Shown here: positions 1 to 12,300 of the stretch, in pieces | Position numbering within the stretch: the stretch's first letter is position 1 | Layout: every line of letters starts with the position of its first letter | NCBI GenBank assembly: GCA_051294375.1 | Contig: CM119263.1 | Coordinates: 14,931,574-14,995,573, forward strand | Origin: Paraspadella gotoi | Lineage: Eukaryota; Animalia; Chaetognatha | Length of the DNA stretch: 64,000 nucleotides | Reading direction: 5' to 3' | Made by a program: the position numbers and the translations under genes | The notes under the pieces: generated by a model | The model's database searches: none | What the model saw: the letters and a program-made list of their open reading frames with translations, nothing else | What the model was told of the DNA's origin: nothing

Positions 1-401
1 AGTTCAAATTTTGTATGTGGGTAGGAAAATGTGTGACGAAGCTTGATATAAAGTTTTGGTACGAGTGGAAATGAGTTTAAATGAAAAAAATATGAGTCAC
101 ATTTACTTGACTCTTTTTACTTATTTTAACCCATAATAGATTGAGATGAAATTTTGTGAGCGGGAAGGAAAGTTTATGAAGAAGCTTGATATAAAGTTTT
201 GACGGAATTGTGCCAGTGGAAATGAGTTTAAATGGAAAAAATATAAGTCACATTTACTTTATTTTAAGGACATCGATGATGAAAAGCTGTATATAAATTT
301 ATAATTATTAAATATTAAAATTAATTAATTAATTAATCGATTAATTAATTAATTAATTTTCGTAGGCAGATCCGACATTGTTTGCTCAAACTTGTTTTCC
401 T

Positions 402-993
402 ACAACCATCTTCAAAATTGTCAACAAACTGGAAACGTTGGACGAGCTGTTGGAAGCAAGCAGCCTTGCATATCCACGAAGAGCAAGGATGATAACTTAG
501 AAAGTCTCGCAATTCAAAATCGTAAAGCTTTTGCAAGCCAGTTGAAAATAAAATAGAGAGACAAAGAATTGTTGCCAGTCATTTAACAGTGAATAGGTGG
601 CTTTTCATGGAGGATAGGGCTCCTGGATATAAAGCCAAAACCCCCAAAAGATTTTATGAGGAAAATGGGATGGAGGTGCTCGAAGGTTAGCCCGGAAACT
701 CGCCTGACTGCAACATCATCAAAAATGTCTGGTCATGGATGAAAAGGGATTTTTGCAGTAAATACAATAACAATCAACAAAATGAAAACAATTTTAAAAC
801 ACATTTGGGGGGGCTGAAATCTTCATATTTGCCCAGCCTCTACGACTCTCTCCCTTGTCTCATGGAAACAGTGCTGGAAGAAAACAATGGTCCAACAATA
901 TACGAATTGAGTCCTAAAAAAAATTATTTTCCTTCAAATAATAAAATAAAATGCTTTTATCATAACTATTAAACTTTTTTTTGAGCAGATCTG
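402..993 (+). mobile_element. Same deleted Tc1 family, 5'-truncated
   Basis: PGNSPDCNIIKNVWSWMKR...LYDSLP, right TIR ...gagcagatctg|ta. Confidence 0.85.
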
Positions 994-1494
994 TACTATC
1001 TAGAAAAAAATTATATCACATAATTATTGAAAGTTCATTTTTTCAATAAAAAATATATAAAATATGGGTAAAACATTCTCAGTATTTGGTATGCATTCCC
1101 TCGGCATCAATTACTGCCTGCATTCATCTGGGCATACTCTCGTACAGTGAATTGAAGTATAACAGTGAAATGTTTTTCCCCATTTTCAATGTAATTCTTT
1201 TCAGGCTCGATATTGATGTTGCGCATCTTTCCCTTTTTTCTGAGAGTTATAATGGCACTTTTTTGAACCAAAAAAAGGTGCAATGCTTTTAGCATTGACA
1301 AATTTAAAAAAAAATTAAATCTATTTAAAATAAAAACAAATAGGTAAATACAAAAAATAATGGAAAATTAAATATGATTTTTTTCATCATTTTCCATTTG
1401 AAGTGGCGAACTTTTTTTACCTGTAACTTCAAAACAATTTAACCTACAAAAAAATGGAATGAAGCTACTAAAATAAATTGTAAATAAAAATAAA

Positions 1495-1932
1495 CCAATG
1501 GCCGCTTATGAACGGTTGGTGGATTTTAGTCCACCATACATCCCCCCCTCCCGTTGGGAGAAGTCTGTTGCGTCTCTTCAGTGAATTGTTGTTGTTGGTG
1601 GAAAGTGTGTCACCAAGTTGAGGCATGTCGCCTGATATGTTGTTGGCGGAAAGTGCATCGCTAGGTTGAGGCATGTCACCTGAAATTGTTGCTGTTGTGT
1701 TCGTAAGTCGGGCTCACCAAAGAAGAGACAGTAATTATTGTTATGAGTTAGTGATAGAACCGTTCAATATAAGGCTGTAACACCGAGTTACAGGCGGGTT
1801 AAGCGCCCTGTCCCTCTTAACTGCTAGGCGGCCACCGGGCTAGAACCCCGGACCTTTGGGTTGGGAGGCGAATGACTTGCCTCCGGCACCAATGGCCGCT
1901 GATGAACGGTTGGTGGATTTTAGTCCACCATA
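1495..1932 (-). mobile_element. TRIM family A, 3'-truncated
   Basis: 5' LTR 1721-1932, PBS 1707-1719, PPT near 1541-1552, partial 3' LTR. Confidence 0.88.
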
Positions 1933-4923
1933 GGTGGTTATTTATACAGCATTTATACAGCATAATATAATTTCTCCAAATTTTGGGCTTAGGGCATTAT
2001 GCGCCATATAATACAGTATCTAAATTCATTTGAATATTGCAGTATAGGGCGAATTAATTGTAACACTCAATAGTACTTGTAACCGTAATTACATCAATCT
2101 CGACCCATTATTGAATACACAAAAGACTTTCATATCGTCTACTCATCTTTGGAAGGGTCCTAAAGAAGGCATGCTTCATAAATGAGTAGCTGACATAAGC
2201 TAAACATGAAGTAAAATGACCAATCAAATAATTGATAAAACTAAATTTTTCATACATATCATTAAGAACAAATTATCTAGGGAATTAATAATTTTTCCTA
2301 AGGAGGGTAAGTTTTAAGTCCAAAGCCTGTATGTCATTAAGTAGATTAAAATTACACAAATACTATATATAAATATAGCTCACTGGTATATAAAATGTAT
2401 AAAATTTTAAAATAAATTTACCAAAGTATTTTTATTGGTTTTTATTTTTTAGCCATATCTGCCCCCCCAATCTTGTCGGGCATTCACTTATATCATGTCA
2501 GAACATCGAATTATGATAAATTATGCAAAAAAAATGATGTCCGTCCATCCGTCCATCCCACCTTAGCAAAAAACACCAATTACTCGTGATTTGATCGATG
2601 GATTGGAATGAAATTTTGTGTGTGGGTAGGAAAGTGTGTGATTGAGCTGGAAACTAAGTTTCGATCAAATCGTCCGAATGGAAATGAGTTAAAATGGAAA
2701 AAAAAATTCACTATTTGAACACCAATTACTCATGAGTGAATAGGGCTATTGACTTCAAATTTTGTATGTGGGTAGGAAAGTGTGTGATTGAGCAGGAAAT
2801 AAAGTTTCGATGGAATCGTTCAAGTGGAAATGAGTTAAAAAGAGAGAGAGAGAGAGAGAAAAAGAGATAGAGAGAGAGAAAGAGAGAGATAGAGAAGCCA
2901 AATCGTTTTCGGACGAATCAGCAGCGGCAGCAGCAGAGGCAGCCAGAAAAAAAGAAAGAAATCAAAAGGCAGCAGCAGAAGCAGCAGGAGAAAAGAGAGA
3001 AAAAGAAAAAGCTCCTGCAGAGCCAGCTGCAGACTCGTTTTTTTTTCGATGAATCAGCCTGTGCTGTGGAAAAGAGAGAGAGAGAGCTACATATAATTAA
3101 AAGAGAAAAGAGAGAGAGAAAGAGACATAAAAATAATAGAGAAAATTTGTTTGTTTTGATAAAACGTAAACAAAACATATTTAATAACTCCTCACCCAAT
3201 TTCAAGGACCTCGATGATGAAAATCTGTAAACAAATTTTCAGATTCATACACCCAAATTTAATCATGAACATCGACAACGACGAAGACGACTACGCCACT
3301 TATGCGCAAAAGCGTTACAAGATCGTCGCAAACGCAAAGCGATTGCGACGATAAAAAACAAATAATCTATTTCACTATTTGATTATGATTTTTTTATTTT
3401 TATATTAAATATAAATTCAAGCTGCAATAATTAATTGTTAAGAAATAAGTAATTAATTAAATATTTGTAATTAATTAATTGAATAATTAATTAATTAATT
3501 TTGTTATCGAAATTGTTGTTTCGTGATTGAGAGGCAAGATAAAATGGAAAACAATTTTGACACGAATAAAAAAAAATTTAATTAATTAATTAATTATCCG
3601 ATCAGCTGCTTACCGCTAATGATCGTGGACAGATCCGGCATTGTTTGCTCAAACTTGTTTGTTCTATATGCTAAATTTTAATTTTATAAAATTTAATTAT
3701 GACTCCAATGATTATGTTTTCCCCGTTACATGAAGTCTTACTGTACTTGTTTCATCGTTTCTCTGAACTCGCCGTCGCTCATAACCTTTCTGTCAATATA
3801 ATTATAACGATGATTCCTTTTGGTTTCTATCATTGCATTGAAAAATGGGGGGCCTAATCAGGGAAAATATTGAACAAGAAGCTTTAAGCACGCATATACT
3901 AAACTACCGGGTTTTCGAGCTATTTCTGAACTACATTCGCGCCCTCATTACGAGAGTTAAATTAAATTATTAAAATTAACAACATTTTCAGAATCTGCTT
4001 AATCTTAGATTTTAGTAGATACCAAAAATTACTGCCAAAAGTGACCGGAAATGGGGTAATTACCACCTTTGTGCCATGAGTAAATTTTTTTCTCGCGCGA
4101 GAAATAAGCTGATTTTTTCTGTTTTTTAAACGGTAAGTCATAAAGTGAAATAAATCAATATTTGGAATCTGCTTGGTCTTGCCTTTGATTAGACACTAAG
4201 ATTGCGTGTCTTAATTGTTAATTAAAGGAGTTATATTATTCTTGCTTTTTGGATATGCGTTAAAGAGGAAAAAATTAGAGGGAAAACATTTTATTAAATT
4301 ACCTTAGCACTATGGAATTGTGATGACTAAAGAAATTTTTATGCTGGAAAAGTTAAGTAATATACATATCAACTTTGGCTCACTATTATTTCGCTAAACT
4401 CATCCATGCTGCATCCCAAGACTAATTGCAGCAGCGCGCAGTTGCAAAATGGTCTGCTTTCCTTAAAAGCCATTCATCGAAAATTATCAAGGCCAATCAT
4501 GATTACAATGAATGAAATCGGGTCTTGAAACATTATTTTACATTGATACCAATTTTGATGATTTATTTAACTACTTAAAATTAATTTTTGAAAAAAAGTT
4601 CATAAAAGAGCTCAAAAACCCGGTATTTTAACATGGGGGAGAAAAAAGATATTATTTCTAAGAAATTACCTTCCGGCAGGTTATATTGTTGTATAGTCGT
4701 CAATTTTTTAATGTAATATACAAAAAGGATGGCGTAAACTACTCGACAGCATACTGCTAAGGGGTGCTGCGCTTTCATGCAGGTCGGCTCTCGAAGGAAT
4801 TCTGTGACCGTGAAAACAAACGGAGATTTATTATTAGTTGCGCCGCGAGGACTTTTCGGTCGTTGTGTCGGTCTGTCCCACTTAGTTAAAAAAGCATACA
4901 ATTCGCCTATACGGCCTATTCGG

Positions 4924-5564
4924 CTATAGACTATATAGTAAGGCGTAGTAAAATTTCTAAATTTAACTTTAATTAAAATTCTAAAAGTGAGGAATGAACA
5001 ACATTATACTAATGAACATTTATGTAATAAAAAAATTTATAATAAATTTTTCAATTTACGCAGTAGGCCATATTTATACTAGTACTAAACCAATAAATGT
5101 TAAAATTTCAAAACAGTTTTTTCTAAGATATTTTTGCAGATTTGGATTCGTCATAAAAAGTTGATAAAAAGAAATATAACTCTTTTTGAAAAATTCCTTC
5201 ATTAAGTGGGTCAAAAAATTAGAAAAAGCTATATTTTAAGCTGAAAATTAACTTTTTATATATTAAATATAGTTTTTTTAATTTTTAACCCAATTAATGA
5301 AAGAATTTTTAAAAATGATTTATATTTTCTTTTATCAACTTTTGACGAGGAATTCAAATCTGCAATCAAAATTAAGAAAAGCCTATTTTGAAATTTTTCG
5401 ATCTTATAAGGATAGTACTATATATAAATATAGCCTACTGCGAAAATTAAAAAACATAAAATTAATTTTTTTTACAAATTAATGTTCACTGATGGTATGT
5501 TGTTCATAATTGACTTCTAGAATTTTCGTATATAACTTTCACTACGCCTTACTATATAGTATAG
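4924..5564. mobile_element. Foldback-like MITE
   Basis: TIR ctatatagtaaggcgtagt, with long imperfect internal inverted symmetry. Related pieces occur near 31, 43, 45.8, 48.5 and 52.4 kb. Confidence 0.75.
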
Positions 5565-6179
5565 TTACTCATTTGTTAAGACAGGAAAAAAACTCAAATC
5601 TAAGTGACACGTAATAAGGCAGTCACTGCGGCGCAAAACATTTGAATTACTGTTCTTGTTTTTATCGATAACTCAATTTCATAACACGTTTTACCTTTAA
5701 ACCGCTTCCAAATTATCATTTTGGTTTTTTTTTAGTAACAACCAATTGGTTGTATCCCGTTTAACTCGATTACATACGAGAAAATTTTCTTTATTTGTAA
5801 AAAGATTTTGTAAAACGATATTCTTTTACTCGTAAATTTAGTAATCCATTCACCTCATCTTTGCTTTGGTATCGTACATATGCAATGATTAATTCTCAAG
5901 GTTAATATCGTTCAAATTTTCTCTTTCTCTGTTTCCCAAAATTCAAATTGTTTTTGCTTCCCTTTATCGACCGTCCTCCACAGAGATAACTTTAAAAATG
6001 ATGAACACTGGATATCTAAGCGCTCGGCCTTTAGAAAAAAATAATTTAGGAGTAATATTAATATATTTTAATCATTCTGATTACTGTTTTAGGTACTAGT
6101 GTAAGTTACAAAAATCATAATACAAATAGGTTTTGAAAATTCACACAAATTAATAATATGAATTAAATTATCTTTTCTA

Positions 6180-6339
6180 TCATCTTCCTCCAATGAGATT
6201 GAAGCCACAATTGAGCGCATGAGCGTGAGCGCGACAGCTCGGAGAAGAGTTGCACGTAACGACGAGATTGAGGTGAAGATCAGAATCTAATCCAATATCC
6301 GCCTCACTAGGAGACAGTTCCATTTCGCTCGATAATTGA
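6180..6339 (-). CDS. Putative terminal coding exon ending ...GFNLIGGR*
   Basis: ctctag|T, phase 2, open to TGA at 6180-6182, locally GC-rich. Confidence 0.45.
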
Positions 6340-9300
6340 CTAGAGTGAGAGAACAACAATGAAATAGATCAACATGAATTCGGCGATTGACGTTTCGATC
6401 AATTAGACTTTAATTGAAAATTTAAAAAAGGGGTTTTTGAAATATATAATTTCTTATGAAAAACTAACTTTTGAGATGCTGGCGTCACGGGTCGAATTTC
6501 GACGAAACATCGTGCAACGTTACGTCGTGGATTGAGACAGGGAACGAACGTTTCATTGACATCGGACAGAGGAATAGTCCTGTTTTTCACTAGCGAATTC
6601 ATCGTCTCCCATGCCAAAAATCTGACGGACAGATAAAAGCATTACCAACAAAATTTTTATATAGGGGTGGGACCATATATCTTGACAAAACTTAACGTCC
6701 GGCTCTGTCTGAACGATTTGAGATACTGTGGCGGTATATTCACACCGCCTCGCGTCCACCAAATCCATTGGCTCAGAGGGGGAACACACCATCCCAAGTG
6801 TTGTGTTCCATCCACAGTCCTAACGACTTCCCTCTGTGTTGGCAAAGCGAGATCGTCCTAGGGTAACCGCGCCAGTGACTGGAGGCATCGCTGAGGGTCG
6901 GAAGCCCCCAAAGCCAACAGTGAGATGCCCGATCCCAATGGGCATCACAGGCAACCCGGCTGTTGCCATAATACAAAAATAAAATGAGTGGCAAACGTTT
7001 TTTCTGTTTTTTTCCTTTCATATACAATCAAACAAAATACATTTTTAAGCAACTACATAGCGTCGTAGATGTTTTCAAAACAGTCGTTTTTATGCGCGCG
7101 CATTGTATTGTATACGATGAAAGTCATACTTGTTAATATTTTTAATGATTGTTTCTGAACATGTCAGTGTTATGTCTTATCTTTAATTCACCTGATTTTC
7201 GTCACTATCTATATTAAACCTATTTAATTCTTTTTCAGGTAAGTTAAACAAAATTTTAAAAAGATTTTAACGAATATGATTAAATTGTTAAATACTTTAT
7301 CATTTTGACATTTTTAGTCTGATCTGCTTATCAGCAGATTCCGAATCTATAATTCACTTTGTCGGTCCCAACCCTAAATCTTGTGGGTAAATCATTTTTA
7401 TCACATTAGAACATCATATTATGCTAAATTAAGCCAAAAAAAAAAAAACTATGTCCGTCCATCCATCCATCCGTCCCCCCTTAGCAAAAAACTCCAATTA
7501 CTCGTGACTGGATGGANNNNNNNNNNTTACTCGAATTAATCATAATTAGATGGATAGATTGAGATTAATTTTTGTGTGTGGGTAGGAAAGTTTGTGATGA
7601 AGCTGGATATAAAGTTTACATGGAATCGTGCAAGTGGAAATTAGTCTGAATGGAAAAAACATAAGTCACTTTTACTTTAATATTTTTAATAATTTTAATC
7701 TATAATTAATCAAATTAATCACAATTGGATGGATAGATTGAGATTAAATTTTGTGTGTGGGTAGGAAAGTGTGTGTTTGAGCACGATATAAAGTTTCGAT
7801 GGAATCGAGGAGTGGAAATAAGTTTGCATGGAAAAAACCAAAGTCAAGTTGACTTGAATTTTTATTATTTATGCTTACTCATGAATGTTTTAATTAATTA
7901 ATTAAGTGAAAAAATAATCCAATTTGAAAAAATTATGCAAGTTAAAAAAATTAAGCATATTGAAAAATTGATGCAAGTTGAAAGATTGTTGCAAGTTGAA
8001 AAAAAAATGATGGCAATTGAAAAAAAGATGTGAATTTAAAAAATGATGCGAGTTAAAAAATGATGCAAGTTAAAAAATGATGCAAATTGAAAAAAAATAA
8101 AGGAGTTGAAAAAATGATGCTAGTTAAAAAAATAATAATAGTTGAAAAAATGATGTGAGTTGAAAAAATGATGAGTTGAAAATATCATGCGAGTTTAAAA
8201 ATGATTCAAGTTGAAAAAAAATATACTAGTCAAATAAATTATTTGCACCATAGGCATAGTAACAGTTCAGCGATTTACATGTATTGGCGCAGCTACTGGT
8301 TTGGTAGGGTACGATCTGTTATGATCAGTTAGAATCACAAATTGAAAGAATTATCGTTATTTATCATCTGGTTAGCAGATTACCACTTAATAATCGTAGG
8401 CAGATCCGACATTGTTTGCTCAAACTTGTTTATACCAAAATTTAATTATAGGTAATAGCAGTTTTTTTATAAAATTATTTCATTAAGTAAGTCAAAATCC
8501 TAAAAGAGTTACTTTTCCTTTATTATTCTTTTTTCTTGAGGAATTCGAATCTGCTTTCAAAAATAAGTTACAGATTTAGAAAAAGTTTGAAAATTTGTTT
8601 CATCAACGAATTTATTTATATATACGGACATGTTTTGACTCTTTTGGTTGCAAGTCTTCATCAGTACTCTCTCACTCTCCCTTCTGCACATTTTGTAAAC
8701 TTATTTCAAAACTGTTGACGCTGATGAAGACTCGCAACCAAAAGAGTCGAAACATGTCCGTATAAATAAATAAATTCGTTGATGAAACAAATTTTCAAAC
8801 TTTTTCTAAATCTGAAAAAACATTTTATAATATTGACATTTTCTATGCCTATGTATAAATATGGGCTAATGTGAAAATTAACAAAGCAAAAATAAAAAAT
8901 GTTCACAGATAGAAGCTTGTTCATGATCTACTATTCGAATTTTGATTCTACTTGATTTTAAGATGTTTTTCTAAGCTTTAATATATATGGATTCAAACGT
9001 TTCGACCGTTGACGTTTCTAGGACAAGTTTCGAACTAGCCAGCGTTACCTCATTAACTGTTTTCTTCCAAACGGGTTTAACTTTGGCCGGAGACCCTTTT
9101 CAAGTTGGTACCATTGAGCTAAATAGATGATTTTTAATTTTTCTGTCGGCTCAAATATTTCGGACAATTGTCTGTAATTTTCCGACGATGTTTCCAAGTC
9201 GTTGTCGTTGTCCTGCTTCGAGCGGATTGACATGGTCGAGGCGTCCTCTGCGGTGCCCGAAGCTGCTCCTGCTGAGATTTCTGCTGCGGCGTCAGGTTGG

Positions 9301-12300
9301 ATCTCGGGCACCACGGAGTCAAAACCAAGGCGGAGCGGCATTCTTCTTGAGCGGCGCTTATTCCGATTTTCCGAAATAGTCGAAGAAACGGGGGAGAGGA
9401 ACGAGACCATTACCTAAAGAGTGACCATCACGAGAGGTGCTTTGATTCTTAGATCATTCGTACTCAAAAGCTCATGGCTTACGGTATCTTTGCCAATTTT
9501 CTTCATTTTGTTTTTGTCGTCGCTCTGGCCGAAACTCCCCCTCCGCTCAATCGGCTCTCTGCGTTGCTCCTCTCTTCTTCCAAATTTTGGGGAGGTATTT
9601 TTGTCCATAAATGAGTATATAACATGACCAAGTGATGCCAGTGGTAAACTGTAAATAATGACTACCGTTTCTGCCACGCAGTCGTAATCGGCAATTCCAG
9701 GGTACTGAAAGGCAACGAAATGGAAATTATAATTTACCGCGACTATGCCTGAAAGAATATCTATAACCTGAAGAACGTTTTTTTTTATGCCGATTTTGCT
9801 CCGCCATATTTTCACTATACTTCCATTGCTCACTTTTTGGCGCACTTTTATACTTTTGATAACGGCAGAACCAGAAAGGACGTAAATAATATGATCGTCA
9901 AGATCGCCTCGCGATATCAAATAATCACCCGGCAGAAAAATTTTCTCATTCACAAACAATGATAAGTACTATATAAAAATAGGTAATTTGTTTAAATATT
10001 TGCTGTTCTTATGCTCTTATCTTTGTAACTTTAAAAAAAATATCTAAATTTTATAAATGGGTCATATGATTTCGATTTTCAAAATTTACGACTTAAGGAA
10101 ATAAATTTTGTATGTTTAGGCAACGGCAAAGTTTATTTACAATAATAGTAAATATCGGACATGTTTCGACTCGACCTTCATCAGCCCAAAATAAAACTTT
10201 TTGGAGACACGGTTTGAAAGAATCAGAAGAAGAAAAAAAAAGACTATTACTTTCTCACCATAAGCATATCTTTATTTATGCCGACCAGCGCGGGAATCTT
10301 GAAAAAAAATTTTTTGCAGAGTTTGTATTGAACTTCTTGCCGCAGCGTGACATTGAGGTTGACAAAAAGGTTTTGGATAGAGTGATTAGGGTTTATTTTT
10401 CCTTCATTCCAAAGCTGCACATAGGACATTATGGAATCAAAGAGGCCGGATGAAGGTTTAACGCTTCGCAGCCCTGCCCTTAGGGCCTCTATATCCCGAT
10501 CATTTTGCTCGTCATGCATCACTTTGGCGTATAAAGCGGAAAGTACCTATAGTATAGGTTTAGAACGTTAAAATTATATTTTTTTAAAGATTAATAAGAA
10601 AACGCACCTACCTATTACTAAAATTATTCTAATGCATAAAAAAATAAAATCATGTAAAATGGCACCTGAGACTGAAGCTCACAATTCATGAAGGTACAAC
10701 TTATAACCATTAAACAAATAAGAACCATTTCCATATCGTTATGAGCTGTCACATCGCCAAAACCAATGCCAATCGCCACGGACACAATGCAATTGAGGGA
10801 AGTCATAAACAAATCAAATTCGTCTCTAATGGTCGTTTTCTTATATGGAAATATCAAATGGAAAAGTTTATTAAAGCAAAAACAAAATTTTTTTTATGAA
10901 ACAAATCATATCACTAGTACTAATAATAATAATAATAATTGAAACTTCTAAAAATTGTTGTACTTTAATTATTTTTAGTCGGATCTGCTTTCAACAGACA
11001 AGTATGTCATCCTTCAGAATCGCCTCCCCCGGGGGCGGCTCTAGAAGCTCTCTATCAGTCCAACAGAATGTCCATCCAACAAAGAAGGAAATAAGAGAAA
11101 AAAAAGGAGTAAAGAAAAAAAAAAAGAAGACAGATGACTGATTAGCTTCTTACCACTAAATTATTGTGGCCACGTCCTACATTGTTTGCTCAAACTTGTT
11201 TCTATATCTTTTAATTGAAATAAAATAATTAGGTTCAAAAATACAAATATTATAATTTTTAGATAAAATATGGAATATACGAGTAAACAATAATTTGAAA
11301 AAAAATGTATATTTTTTTCAGTTACATGAAACAAGTCTTGAAAGAGAGAGAGAGAGAGATAGAGAGAGAGAAAGAAAGAGAGAGAGAGAGAAAGAAAGAG
11401 AGAAAGAAAGAAAGAAAGAGAGAGAGAAAGAAAAAGGGAGAGAGAAAGAGAAAGAAAGAGTAACAGACAGGAAAAGATATTCTCAGATACAATAACATAG
11501 TCAGAAAGTATATTTTCTTATCTTATTCAATAAATAAATAATCTCGTCCCTCACTATGGACTTGATCGGTCTTGATGGGTCTTGATGGGTTTGTACCTTT
11601 GTTCTGTAAGCAATTTCTACCCAACCGTTGATGTTACACTTCGTCATATTCAGACTGTTTGTACAGCCCACTACAATCCACAGAAAAGCCAAAAAGCTTA
11701 GGACAGAGGTGATAATGAGAAAAATTTTGATGCCATACTTTGCTTGGAGTATCTTTGTGTTAAAAGGCTGAGCCTGACGAGGCTGTTGAAAAAGCTGAAT
11801 ACTACGAATCAACTGAATAAATATGGTTGTCAATGGCAATGACTTCAATATGCGCATAAATATATTTTGTAAAATATTATAGTCATTGCGGGTACAATCG
11901 AAGTTCCAATTAAAATTGACTGCTATCCAGACCGGCAAAAGTGAAATAACGTCGAGTAGAAATTGCAAAAATGAACCAAAATAACGCTTGTGAACTTTGA
12001 AAGGCTCTATCACAATACGACCAGCTTTTTTGTCGAAGTAACCTACATGAAGTCGAAACACCATCTCCCCAATTGTTATAAGGGTGGATAAAACCTTAAC
12101 AGTATAATTGTTATGAGTTAGTGACAGAAGCGTTCAATATAAGCAGTCCCTGAGCTTTGGATTAAGCTTTAATTCCAGGCAGGTTACACTCTGGAAGTAA
12201 TCCTTTAATATTTAAGTAGTACTTAAGGTCATAAAAATTTTTTTTTTATTAAGCCTTTATATGGCTTCAAATCGATTCATACCGACTTGTCTTACGGATA

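Noticed and set aside
1826-1899. Functional tRNA-Gly gene
   Set aside because: The anticodon stem does not pair, the sequence is embedded in an LTR, and copies have diverged.
1895-1932. CTGATGA in the family A LTR as a hammerhead
   Set aside because: No downstream GAAA box or stem III.
4300-6040. Further exons or a second gene downstream of the channel
   Set aside because: Candidate acceptors lead to short frames with no recognisable motif, so nothing can be supported.
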